DNA of 64,000 bases from Podarcis liolepis (Eukaryota). The notes under the pieces are model-generated. The model did not search any database. It was not told the DNA's origin and saw only the letters and a program-made list of their open reading frames with translations. Within the stretch, counting starts at the first letter, position 1; every line of letters begins with the position of its first letter. The DNA is taken from NCBI GenBank assembly GCA_965112155.1, contig OZ218098.1. One strand, given 5' to 3'. Positions 27,089 to 39,590 of this stretch are shown one piece after another. The position numbers and the translations under genes are program-made.

Positions 27089-30000
27089 GTATGAGATATA
27101 TCATGTACAGCTGATTTTTTAAAATTGAATCATCTAGTAACATTTCAACTTCTTGGGAAAGAAGTCCTCCCTTTTTGAACGTCACACCGTTGCTTCGCAT
27201 TGTCAGCGGGCATCTAGCTGCACCGAGTAAAAATTCCACTACAAGTTGAATTTGGCTTATGTGTAATTATGGTTTTCTGCTTGCCAAATTGTAGTCTCTA
27301 GCAGCACTTTACACAAATATGGCCCTAGAAGTTAGTTTCCTTCTTGAAAAGACAGGGTGGAGTCAATTTTGTAGTTATGCTGTCTTCAGCTGAACAGTCA
27401 TCCATTATGGTTGTTTTAAAAACCAGCATTCTTCTTTGTTTCTCTTTTCATTTCATATCATTTTCAGTCTGTATATCACTTTTCCACATTACTGATCTCG
27501 AAGCAGCTTACAACCTGTTGAAATGACAAAATATAGAACAAAAAACACTGTGCTGTACTACACACATTCAGAAGATAATGAAAATTAACAAAATCCAAGA
27601 ATCTACTTTACATATAATAATACATATAATATTCAACAAAATATTAGCAAACTCACCCTGTCAGTTGCAACAAATTAATAATTGCAAGTATTGTTAATGA
27701 AGCAAACAGCATTTTTAAAAAAATAGTTTTATAAAAGTAACAAATTTCGCTTGATTTTGTCTTAGGGCTTTTCAAAGTAGTCTGGAAGGGACATGCCGCA
27801 AGTTTTATTTTGTCTTTTGACAGACACTCAAAGGATCAACAATTCTCTATGGATGTCAATAAATATACTATCTCAGTTTGGAGATGTGTTCACTCGAGAG
27901 CAAATAGAGTGTAATAGAAAAATGTTTTGAAGTTGAGGTGGTCTATTAGAATTTTTAAAAATAAACTAGCATTGGAATTGATAAATAGCACTCTGTATTG
28001 CTATGAAGATTTGGAACAAGAAATAATATCTGGTTGCTTCATTTGCTTATATTTGATTCAATTGCTGTCAGTAATTAGTTCTTGAATACCTGTCCCATCA
28101 TTCTAAAAGGCTCCCAGCCCTCCTTTGGAAGAGAGTGTGCTTGGTCCTGGAGAAAATGTTATTTTTAAATTACATTTTCTTATCTTTGTAGACTTTTGTC
28201 CAGAGTACAAAAGTCAATGTGCTCAATACACATTGATACATGCACATGCAGAGTAAACATTGCTGCTTGTTTAACTTTGCAGATTTGATGCTTTTAAATT
28301 AAATTCAAAAATATCAGAAGTTGATTTGCATTGTTTAACCATAGCACAAGCTTTGAAGTGTGTTTGTGTGGGTGCTTCACAGAACTGCTGCTAAACAGAA
28401 ATGGTATAATAAACTTGTAAATGGCTTATTGTTCCTACTATCTGAAATAGAAGAGAAATGTATTTTAGGAGCAGTCCACAAATTAGCTTTAAGCAACTGT
28501 TTTGTTGGAGGACTTATTCTACTAGCTCTAGTGACTAATGTGTTACTTTATCAAACTTGTCTGAATGGGTTTTGCAGAGCCCTATTTTATTTTCGTTGGA
28601 AGAAATGGTAGCTGCTAGTTAAATAAAGAGGAGTGAAGGACCATCTTGCTTTATTGTTTAGATAAATAGGCATTCCTTTCATAAACTCATTAGAGATGTG
28701 CTCTTGTCCGACACACCTTAGAAGTGAGAATAGTTTGAGGGTTATAGTTGACACACAAACAGCCACACTTCCTAGTTCCTTCCTATACCTTCTTTTGGAC
28801 TGCTGCTGTTGTGTCTTAGATTGCTATCTTGTCCGTCTTCCCAAAAGATATCAGGGTGACAGGCTCTGCTAGATGTTATTGGCATAATTTTGCACTTTAC
28901 AGTGGCTTGGACCCACACACAATTTGCTGCCATCTCACAGAGAACGCTCTCCTGGAGTGTGTGGTTGGTGGTGCTCCAATGCTTATTTTGGGGTGCACAC
29001 CACTATTGCTAATTCATGGTTCAAATAATAATAATAAAAATCCATAGAATGACTGATAGACATTTTGGAAAATGCTTTCTGTAAACTTCATTCCAAGCTA
29101 TGGCCAAGTGGAAATTGCCGCCAGTAATTAATTTTCTATGGAAATAGGCATGAGACTAGTTCTCTGGAACAGTCTCATATTACTCTTCATGTGATAACTT
29201 TAGACAAATTTATGGCTTTAAAGAATATTTTGGAGAGGAACGAAAGCGTTTCATGATAAAAGGAAGAAACACTACTTTTTAAAAGCAGAAGCCTGTGTGG
29301 GTGAGAGAGATTCACGGTCCTTTTTTTCTGTACGTGGGAGATGGTCGTAATGACTTTGAAAGCTGTCTCAAAATGTCATAGGCCAGTATCAACAGCATCT
29401 TGCAAGTACAACTGATGATCCTATACTTGACTTATAAAGCAGTAAAAACTAATGTAGGCTGTGTGCATTGTTGCGAAGTGTAAGATGTTATCTATACCAT
29501 ATTTATATGTAGAGAGTGTTCAGAAAGTTGCCTGTCTTTTCCATTCCTTGGAGACGCATCAGAGTGTTTGGTGTGCGTTCAAAGAGCCATATGGCCACTT
29601 TATTTCAGTCGACTTTTGGCCAGGGATGTTAAGGCACCAGTGCACATGTTCTTAGCTTTAAACTTTTATCTTTCTGGGATTTGGGGTACCTTTATCTTCT
29701 AGATTTGTTTTCAAACTATGGTGGTTGGTCTTTAAGGTCTTGCGCTGATCCATCAGGATCAAGCAGCTCAGAATGGTAAATGGATATAAGTTGCTGTGTT
29801 TCCTTGTTACTACAATGGTCATACAACTGCTCAAATGTCTTTTGCTGACTAAATCAGTCCTATTAATTATTCAGTCTGTGGAATTAGGATAAGAACACAG
29901 ATAAGTAGGCTCTTACTTACAAATCCTCAGGCCGCAATCAATCTGCAACCATAAGGTGTTTAAAAGGCCTTGTTTACTGCAAAAAAAACACAACCTAACG

Positions 30001-30391
30001 TGACTACCAGTGCGATCTTGTACATGTCAGCTCAGAAGTAAGTTCTGTTGAGTTCACTAGGTCTTGGTTGGAGTTACATGGCTATCATGGTCCTGATTAT
30101 CCAAGATTCAGCAAACATTAGTCACGAATAAGTCCGCTGAAAGCAATGGGACTTTTCAGTAGTAACTAACTATAAATCTGGAGAAATAAGGTTGGTCCAT
30201 ATAGTCTTTGAAAAAGTGATTGTTTAGACATTCCTAAAAGATTAATGTAAGGAAACGAAAGCACTTGCCAAACTAACGGGAATCTGTGAGAAGCTAAAAT
30301 TAAACAATACCTTACAGCCTACATATCGCACAGCAGAAATTATGCTTTTTTTTGTCTCTCTAATCTTTTTGATGATGATTTTATTTTTCAG

Positions 30392-30438
30392 GGAAAAACA
30401 TTGGTGCACGTGGGCACAAAATTAGTGACTATTTTGAA
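30392..30438 (+). CDS. TLK1: TLK1 exon 5 (GKNIGARGHKISDYFE)
   Basis: tttcag|...|gtaagt; 47 nt; phases match neighbouring exons. Confidence 0.96.
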
Positions 30439-30777
30439 GTAAGTGCTATGATTTCACTATATTCTAGTTACGCTGTTTCTGTTTCATACATCAAATGTAG
30501 CTTTTTCTGAGGGATATAAACTATTGTATTTGGTTGTTTATTTTTTATTTTGTATATAAACATTTTTTCTTTTCTTCATCCCAAAGTGCATAAGGTAACA
30601 AACATTTATTTAATCCCTTTTTGAATGCCCTCTCAAACTATATGTTGATTTACCTTGATGGGGAGAAGATGGTTGTCACTGAACCTAGTGCAGGTCTTCT
30701 AAAACTGTGGTAAACTGAATAAAACGGGGTGCATTTTGACTTTTTTTTGTACTTAAACCATACAGTTCCAGCTAGAA

Positions 30778-31027
30778 CAGGGGTCAGCAACCTTTATGGG
30801 CCCGTCCACTGTCCCTCAGACTGTGTGGTGGGCTGGACTATATTTTGAAAAAAATAAAATAAAAATTGAACGAATTCCTATGCCCCACAAATAACCCAGA
30901 GATGCATTTTAAATAAGGACACATTCTGCTCATGTAAAAACATGCTGATTCCTGGACCGTCCTCGGGCCGGATTGAGAAGGCGATTGGGCCGCATCCAGC
31001 CCCCGGGCCTTAGGTTGCCTACCCCTG
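30778..31027. mobile_element. hAT MITE with perfect 8-bp TSD
   Basis: TIR CAGGGGTCAGCAACC / GGTTGCCTACCCCTG; TSD AGCTAGAA on both sides. Confidence 0.9.
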
Positions 31028-32114
31028 AGCTAGAAGTTCCAGATAGTGTTGCTGTCCTTTCACCTCCCAGCATATGCCTATTGGAAATTTATACAGAGCT
31101 AAAAGAATATGGATTTTGTGACCCAGTCATGCTATTGCTAGGTTTCTTCCATCATTGCTTTTGTGCAAAAGCTTCAGACATAAAGTCATAACTGGAGACT
31201 AATGGAACCTAGTAGGAAGTGTGACTCTATTACAATGTGCTTTTTAGCACAAATGAGCAGAAGGTGTCATCAGTAGAAAAATGGGCTGCTGCTAATATCC
31301 TCAGTTTTAGTACCATGTGCATAAATTGTCAGCAGCTTCCTGAATTTACATATTTAGTCTCGATGGCATTCTGCACTGTTTAATAGATTTCTCAGTTATG
31401 GAAGAATTGCACAACCTTTCTACCGTTAAATTTTGCATGCCTTTCCTGTGACATTTGACAATCCCTGGTTTCCTAACTGTAATACTGTATGCATCTTCAA
31501 CAGTTTAGTTTTTTGCTTTCAACTTAATTTACTTAGAATTTCACAAAATATTGAATTAAGCAAGTTAGGAAGCAAAAGCATTACCAAAGACTTTCTCTCT
31601 CATTTGTGCTTGTTGCTAAGCTATGCTTGCTGGGGTAGCTTTTCCAGGGTAGTGTCCCTCAACAAGCTATTGCGTATGTATTCTATGTTAGCTGTTTCTA
31701 GAGGCCCTTGATATTTTAAAATGTTTTAAATATGTATTTATTTTATTTTAATAGTATTGTTCTGTTATTTTGTTTGCTGCCCTGGGCTTCTTTCAGGAGG
31801 ATGGATGTGGTACAAACTTAATAACGTACAAGCTGGAGGTTGCTCCTGCAAAAGTGAACGCCTTTGCCTTAAATCTAAAGTTATAATGGCAGTAATACTA
31901 AGTTTTGCTCAAGCATCAGTTAATGGGCAATTAGTTTTTATACAGAAATAAAAATGAAGAATTGTTGAGTGTTGAATTGCTGTTGTGATAAACAAGTTTG
32001 TCTCAACACACCCCATGCAAATCACTCTGAAGGGTATTGCATTTGATTACATAATCTGAATTTTGCTTAGTACATTTCTGTTAGAATATAATTGATTTGT
32101 TCACTTTTTTCCAG

Positions 32115-32201
32115 TACCAAGGTGGAAATGGGTCTAGCCCAGTAAGAGGAATGCCTCCTGCGATTCGCTCTCCTCAAAATTCACATTCCGCCCCTTCTTC
32201 C
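32115..32201 (+). CDS. TLK1: TLK1 exon 6 (YQGGNGSSPVRGMPPAIRSPQNSHSAPSS)
   Basis: ttccag|...|gtaagt; 87 nt. Confidence 0.95.
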
Positions 32202-32889
32202 GTAAGTTTACTCTGTATAATTATCAGCTTATGATTCAGAAATGTTCATGATAGTCTTGCAGAGGCAGTGGTTTGATAGATTGTTCCCTTAGAACAGAGA
32301 ACGTTTGACCAGGACTGACGGAATTGGAAGTGCAACATGATCTGGAGAGCCACTGTTTCCACAGCCCTGCCTTAGAACACACACAAAAACACCAACAACC
32401 ACTTTTATTGTATTGTTACTTTTTGTTCGCCTCCTTATTGGTAGTATGCTTGCATAGAAACCAGCGGTTGAGTTTTTTTGCCGGGCAGTGTGATAGGAGT
32501 CTTCTGTTTCTCCTTTTTGCATGTCCACATGTTGGGGGTGGGGGGTGGGGAGCCAGTTCACAAATAACAGTGTAATGTTAGAAGTTATTAAATGGCCTTA
32601 ATGGGGGATAGCCAATGATGCTCACGTGATTGAGAAATGGACTTCTGTTTGCATGGTGGGACTTATCCTTCAACTCTCTGGAGCAGGTTTTTGTGGAGTG
32701 TAGGAGGTGTAGCGTCTAGGAGAGGAAAAAGAAGTCCCATTGTGTGAGCAGACATACCTGTATGTAGTTGAATGTTGCCTAATAAAATTATTCAAAGTGT
32801 CAAACTTCCATGATTTGTCAGTTCTTACACTTGCACTTTTTGGGAAATAATTGGCAAGAGCATTTGAACGTGGGAACAGGTTCTTACTG

Positions 32890-33091
32890 TTAGGTTGCCA
32901 TATTTCAAAAACTGAAAATCCGGACACAAAAGTTGTTGAGCTTTTCTTAGTTTTGCCCAAAGTTGTTGAGCTTCCCCACCACCCTGCAAAATCGCAAAAA
33001 AGAGTCAAAAATCAGTGATTTCCGCCCAGACACTTTTCAGACTGCTGTATTCCAGTTATTTCCAAGAAATTCTGGACATATGGCAGCCCTG
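32890..33091. mobile_element. hAT-type MITE
   Basis: ggttgccatat...atatggcagccctg; 8-bp TSD tcttactg/tcttgctg (one mismatch). Confidence 0.7.
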
Positions 33092-35366
33092 TCTTGCTGA
33101 GCACTGGGGTAGAATATTGCCAGAACATTTCCAGCCCCTCTCCTTATACGATCTGAAGAGAAACCAGAGTACTCCCCCCTCCTTATCTCCTTTGAAAAAT
33201 ATTGCCTATTAAATTTTTTCATGTGGAGAGGGATCTGCAGGTAGTCAGCTGGGTTAATGATAATGCAAGTGAAGGTCCAATCTAGAATGGTAAAATAGAT
33301 TTCGCACACCCAGTTGTACCTGGTTAGAGAAATGTGAGACATTTTTAAATCTCAAGTTACTATATCTCACTGAGGAGAATTTTCCCTCTCCCCTGTTCCC
33401 GGTCCTACTCCAGTACTGACAAAAGCTTCAGACTTTATCTTCTAGTATCTGAGAAAATTGAAGCACTTCCAGTTAAATACCACTGCACGTTTAATCTAAT
33501 GAAACGACGGTGTCTTCAGTGGGTCCGGATTACTCCCCTGGTATTTCTCCCTCAATTCTGCTGTAGGCAAAGAGGGATTCTCTTGGGAATCCCGTTGAAT
33601 TAAAACAATTACATGAAGGTGGAAAAGAAATGTTTTCCTCTCTCTCCCCCCCCCCTTGCTCCTTCTTGTAACTATATAAAATCCACAAGCATGTTCAGTT
33701 TACAGAAACAAAAAAACCAAAACCCCATACAGGTTGGCTTTTTCTTTAAAACAGAGTGTTTCCTCCTAATTCTTTTTTTACTGAAAGATAATTGAGAGGG
33801 GTTTCAGTTATGCATATTTGGAAGATTGTCAGTCCTCTTTCCCCAAACATTTCAAGACACTTCCCCCCCACCCCCAATGGATTTTGGTTTGTGTCTGGGG
33901 CACGTCTTTCCAGGCAAAGACACAGCGCTGCCATGAGCAATTTTCTTCCCCATACTTCTCCTAGGCGTCTGCGTCAGAGGTGGGAGAGAGCCCCCTTCTG
34001 CTGTGTCCCCACAAAATAGGGAGAAACAATTCGTGCTTGTCCTTGGACTATTCTATTAAATTATTTCTTAGAAACCTCTAGGTAAGGTCTGCCATTGCTT
34101 AACTGTTCCCTTTCTGATGCAGCAGTTAGGGAGGCTGGTGTTTTTGTGTAGTGTTGCTTCAGAAACGAAGCGTTCAAATAGGGTTGCTATATCTTGTAGA
34201 GCAAAAAAGAGGACAGCCTCAGCTCAGGTTGGTCACGACTGCGGCATGCAGAGCAGACATTTCCTTTAAAATGTAAAAATCCACCCGGATGTGCGTGTTG
34301 GCCCTCCAAAAGAGGACATGTCCAGGTTTCCCCAGATGTATAGAAATTCTAACCAGCCATTACCATTTAAAGGAAGAATATTCCCTGATCATTTGTGGGG
34401 TGAAATATATTTTTCCACATACCTTGTCTCAGCTACAATCTAGTAGTTGATGCGTTGTTGCCTGTTAAAACAGCTTGACCAACAAAGTGTCTCCAAGCAT
34501 TTTTTTTTTTAGAAGAGCTGTTAATTTCCAAAGTTGTAATTTGTAGTGAGTGTCTTTGAAATAATATTGCACACCAAAAGTATTAGAAGATGCAGCAAAA
34601 GCCACCAGTGGGTCCCCTAATTGCCTCTTCCCTATTGTCTGGAAAGTCTCTGCAGTTGCTGAGACAAGTAACCGGTTGCTAGAATTTGGATAGTGATACA
34701 GGACAAAAATGTTTCCATTAAGAATTAGCACATTTACAAACACAAGTCTCAAGTCTATTGAAAAATAAATTGGTACTACCTGAGGATCTGAACCTGTCCA
34801 ATGCAAAAGGGGTGAGGTGTGAGATACAGAGGTCCCTTGGTTCTGTGCTGTCTCTCAGAGACCAATTTATGTTGCTGTATCCATGCAGTTGCCTTATATG
34901 ATAGTCTTACTACCCCCTTAGAGACCGTTTGAAATGGTGTTTTCTCTGAAGGTGCATGAAATGATTTCCCCCCCCCCGTTCATTATAAAATAAATAAATT
35001 GGGGACAGTTCTGACATTGGTGGCAGAGGCAAATGGTGACTTCGTAACATTCCCTGCAGACGATATTCTCATGTACCATGAGGAAGTTTCTGTCCTCTGA
35101 GATCTGAATAGTGTAGCTTTTAGTACTGGAGAATGAAGAGTCATGTGTATTCCAATTGTAGGTACTTACTCCTTTTAGTAGAAGAAATAAATGGCTGGTT
35201 TTTATTCATGGTCTGGCTACCGTGGATTCCAAGCATTTCAGGTGTGGGGAGGGTGAAAGAGGACAATGTCTGACCAGGCAGTTTCCCTTATTTTAGCAAT
35301 TTACTTCGTTCTTATTTCTGCTTTACAGTTACATGTAAATCTTATATTTTATCCGTGCACATTTAG

Positions 35367-35456
35367 GTTCGACAGAATAGTCCTTCTCCTACTGCGTTAT
35401 CTTTTGGGGACCACCCTGTTTCACAACCAAAGCAGTTGTCATTTAAAATTACTCAG
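35367..35456 (+). CDS. TLK1: TLK1 exon 7 (VRQNSPSPTALSFGDHPVSQPKQLSFKITQ)
   Basis: atttag|...|gtgagc; 90 nt. Confidence 0.96.
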
Positions 35457-35946
35457 GTGAGCACTCTGGATTGTAATTCTATGCTTAATGCTGAAAATAC
35501 ATGAAGCCATTCTGTTTCATTATTCTACACGCATACACATTAGTTCTGATTTGTAACTTAGAAAAGGTGGCGCGTAGTTAAAGCTAAACTTGAAGTGTTT
35601 GTTACAGTGAAAGATTGAGAGTAAATAGAAGCAAGCCATTCTTCGTCTCTATATTTTACTCCCATTCCCAGCATAACAACACGTGATGTTCCTAGGGAGA
35701 TTACAAAAATATATATATGGAGTACAATTTCAGGATGGATGCTTTGGGATTTAAGGTCTCGAGATTCTGATAGATGGAAATGAAAACATCAACAAGAGTT
35801 GTTATTATTATTAAAAAATTTATACCGCCCTTTGTAGATCTTAGGGCAGTTCACTACATAAAAATACAAGGTAAAAACCACAAAATACATAATAACAAGA
35901 TTAAAATGGAAAAGCAGGGTGCAGGTAACTTTTATCAAGGCTGTGT

Positions 35947-36306
35947 AAAGTAAAGGTAAAGGTACCCCTGACTGTTAGGTCCAGTCGTGGACGACTCTGG
36001 GGTTGTGCGCTTATCTTGCTCTGTAGGCCTAGGGAGCCGGCGTTTGTCCGCAGACAGCTTCTGGGTCATGTAGCCAACATGACTAAGCTGCTTCTGGCGA
36101 AACCAGAGCAGCGCATGGGAACGCCGTTTACCTTCCCGCTGGAGCAGTACCTATTTATCTACTTGCACTTTGACGTGCTTTCAAACTGCTAGGTTGGCAG
36201 GAGCTGGGACAGAGCAACGGGAGCTCACCCCGTTGCGGGGATTCGAACCGCCAACCTTCTGATCGGCAAGCCCTAGGCTCAGTGGTTTAGACCACAGCGC
36301 CACCCA
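35947..36306 (-). mobile_element. Sauria SINE in intron 7
   Basis: Nearly full-length, (AAAGGT)n tail. Confidence 0.92.
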
Positions 36307-36324
36307 CATAAAAATAACAAACTA

Positions 36325-36518
36325 AAACTTCACAGGAATGTAAGCTGCGTTGTGCTGATTCAGACAATTTCTCCATTTAGTTGTGTTGTCCACACTGACT
36401 AGCAAGCAGCAGCTGTCGAGGCTTTTAGTTGGGATTCTTTCACAGCCGTCTCTGCCTGTGGAAGGGTTCGGTTTCTAGCTCCTCCAAAGTATGTGTTCTA
36501 CCACTGAACTGTAGTCCA
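36325..36518 (-). mobile_element. Old tRNA-derived SINE with CR1-like tail (Squam2-like)
   Basis: Degenerate resemblance to recalled lizard SINE consensus (gtctacactgact..., ctaccactgagct). Confidence 0.5.
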
Positions 36519-36524
36519 ATTGTA

Positions 36525-37050
36525 CAGAGTTGGCCGACCTGGTGCCCTCTAGGTTTTGAACTCTAGCCCCCATCAACCAACCCCAGTCAGCAAGAGCAAT
36601 AGGCAGGGAACATGGGAGTGTTGACATTTCCATTTCACCTTAAGGAGCAGACGTGTGGAATTGTTACGTGTCACATGTCTGTTTACATTCCAGCACAGCT
36701 TGCTGGGAACTTCCGTTGTATATAGCTTTTGCTTTTTCCCTGTACTCTCTGAGGCGACGAAAGAGACGACATGTTTCTTTGTCCTGATTTATGATTAATA
36801 AATCTGTAGTTGTGGTATGCTTCTACAAGCCTCACGCCTATTCTGTGTGCGCAGTTCACTGTGCTGATAGTGTGCCCTGGCTTTAAAGCCCGGGTCGCTG
36901 ATTTACATCGGAACAGCTGCCAATGGTCTTCGAAGCAGGAAGACTAGAAGGAGACGGTCCAGCTGGGGCTTGCCAGCTGGCCTCCCAGCCTTCTGCATTC
37001 CGACAGGGAGTTGTAGTTCAGAACACCTTGTGGGCACCACATTGGCTCTC
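36525..37050. mobile_element. Degenerate hAT MITE hosting a solo LTR
   Basis: gaactctagcccccatc...catgggag | gggagttgtagttc halves resemble 9378-9513. Confidence 0.65.
36619..37005 (+). mobile_element. Solo LTR (387 bp)
   Basis: TGTTG...CGACA termini; 5-bp TSD GGGAG (36614-36618 and 37006-37010); TATATA 36719-36724; AATAAA 36797-36802. Confidence 0.8.
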
Positions 37051-37473
37051 TGTGTTGCAATTTAACAAATTCCCTTAGGTCCAGAATGCTTGTGAAGCAG
37101 CGGAAGTGTGTGCCAGGTGAGGTGTTCCTCGCTATGGTTTTCTCTTTTAACTTGCAGGACTCAAAACAGAAAGGTGGCATAGCCATTTGTGCAACCTGGC
37201 ATGACTGTGACCGGTGCTGCCTCTTCTCTTGAGTCATGTATCCACCCAGTTCAGCACAATCTGGATTATACAAAAGGCATATTGCTCATTTCCTTCTTCT
37301 AAGAAAGGGAAGAATTTAGAGCTGCCGCTCTTCAGGCTTCTGACAGTATTTGCTATTTTGCCTAAGCTGAATAAGTTAGTGGTAAATTAAAAGGCTGCAT
37401 TCTGATGGAACTTAGATGGAATTTGATAAATATTTGCTTTCCACTTCCCTACTATTTATTTTCTTTAATGTAG

Positions 37474-37566
37474 ACTGATCTCACAATGTTGAAATTAACT
37501 GCACTTGAAAGTAATAAAAACCAAGACCTGGAAAAGAAGGAAGGTCGTATAGATGATTTGCTCAGG
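37474..37566 (+). CDS. TLK1: TLK1 exon 8 ([31 protein letters not shown]), start of coiled-coil region
   Basis: atgtag|...|gtaagt; 93 nt. Confidence 0.97.
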
Positions 37567-38212
37567 GTAAGTACGATAACGGTAAGATTAAGAGAGAAAT
37601 ATAGGGTTACTTACACTGCTTTTAAAATGGCAAATTACTTGTATTGCATTTGACTTAAGCTATCAGAAAGACATATAAATGTATTCTTGCCAACGTACTT
37701 ATAATACTGTATCCTCCAAACTCTAGGAATCTTTTTTTGGGGGGTGGGGAATGGACTGATAACATATTTTTAATACCTAGAGAAAGAGAAGGCACGGCTT
37801 TGGGTCTATATGTATACAATTTATAATTGGCACTCCTCTTCCTGTATTTGTGATTTGTTCATGCTCAAAAAATCTTTAGGAAAAAAGCCCTAAGAATTCA
37901 GTGGTATAGATCTGACTGAGCAAGGTGGGTGGGAGATGATTAGGTTGGGAGGGGAACTGAGTAGCTGGAAAAGGAGGAGGAAAGAAGACACACAGAGAGA
38001 TTTTAAGAAAGTTAGAATGTACCACCTCATTAGGTCACTTCCTGGTTCACACTTGAAAGCTACTTTAATCAGAAATGGAAAGGAGAGTTGCCCAAAGATA
38101 TGAATGGAAAAGTGAAATATTTTAATATAGCTGGAATTTGGACACAAGTGTGTCACCCAACCTATGCTGCGGAGAACTCCAAAACAGGCCAATGAGGACT
38201 GAGCCTGGAATG

Positions 38213-38214
<2 letters not shown>

Positions 38215-38246
<32 letters not shown>
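38215..38246. repeat. (TG)n microsatellite
   Basis: direct. Confidence 0.95.
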
Positions 38247-38248
<2 letters not shown>

Positions 38249-38386
38249 AATGGATGGAGAATAAATGAGAAATGGAGATGGAGGATGGAATAGGACAGCT
38301 GAGACCCTATTCCAGAAGCTTTCGGCCTTGCAGCATTTTATCGCAGGGCCCCACTGGTTACAAATACAATTTCATTTGATTCTTAG

Positions 38387-38497
38387 GCTAATTGTGACCT
38401 ACGACGACAAATAGACGAACAACAAAAGCTACTTGAAAAATACAAAGAAAGATTAAACAAATGCATTTCAATGAGCAAGAAGCTTTTGATTGAAAAA
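38387..38497 (+). CDS. TLK1: TLK1 exon 9 ([37 protein letters not shown])
   Basis: tcttag|...|gtaagt; 111 nt. Confidence 0.97.
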
Positions 38498-39453
38498 GTA
38501 AGTTGGATTTTTAAATATATATTTTTGTTCAGTATCCACAGTGAAGAATACTTTGTCATCCTAATCCTGTAAATCAGGTTAAACTGCAACGGCATGAGCT
38601 GCAGTTTGTGTCATTTCAGTAAAAACCCGATCCAGTCAGCAGCAAGGTGGGTCAGATACCTGTGTCCCCTTCTTACTGTAGCAGTGCAGGAAACTGCTTC
38701 TCTGGGTTGATTCCCACACAGCAAGAGAGAGGCACTGTGTAAGGTGGGGACAGATGTATGGATTTGTCTCATAGGTAGATCTTCCCTCCAGGATGAAATG
38801 AGGAGATGAATTAACGGACAAGAGGAGGTTGTTGTGGTCATATGTAAGAAGAGGTAGAAGAACTACTACCCTGATGGTGCTGTATTTAAACACAGAAATA
38901 GATCCCTGGGTCCTGGGATCAAATTCCAAGCTGGTATGAGGGAGAGTCATTATAAAAGAGGCTTAATTGGGAACTATTTAGAAAACTGGAAGAGCCCCCC
39001 CCCCTTCTGATGCAAAGTGGAAATAGCACTCTTTCCTCGCCTCCTTTGAGAGTAGCAAACCTGTCCAGAATACAGTCTTTTTTTCCAGGAACAGGAGGAG
39101 CCTTTAATAAAGAATGCAGAAGGTTTCAGCTTTCAGCGCTCTCGTATTTGCCTTGCTTGATACCACAAGCACAAACCAGTAAGGCACTCGCAAAGATACG
39201 CAAGCAGCTGCATTCTGCTTGGCGTTAGCAATCTCAGCTGATGTGCTAACTGGGTGGGTGGTGAGCTGCTTCTCTCTCCCCCCCCCCTTGCTGAGGAAAA
39301 TGCAATACCCTCACAAAATGGAAGCCTTGAAGGAAGGTATCTTGGATCCTTGCGCAACAAAATAAGCGTCAGTGTTGCATTTCCTGTGGCAAAAATCCGT
39401 TGCTGAGAAGGAAGGGCTCTAAACTTAACTGGTGATATTTTTGATTTCCTTAG

Positions 39454-39590
39454 AGCACACAAGAAAAGCTGGCAAGCAGAGAGAAGAGTATGCAAGACAG
39501 ATTACGCCTTGGGCATTTTACGACTGTTCGACACGGTGCATCGTTTACCGAACAGTGGACAGATGGCTTCGCATTTCAGAATCTTGTGAA
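39454..39590 (+). CDS. TLK1: TLK1 exon 10 ([45 protein letters not shown])
   Basis: ccttag|...|gttagt; 137 nt. Confidence 0.97.
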
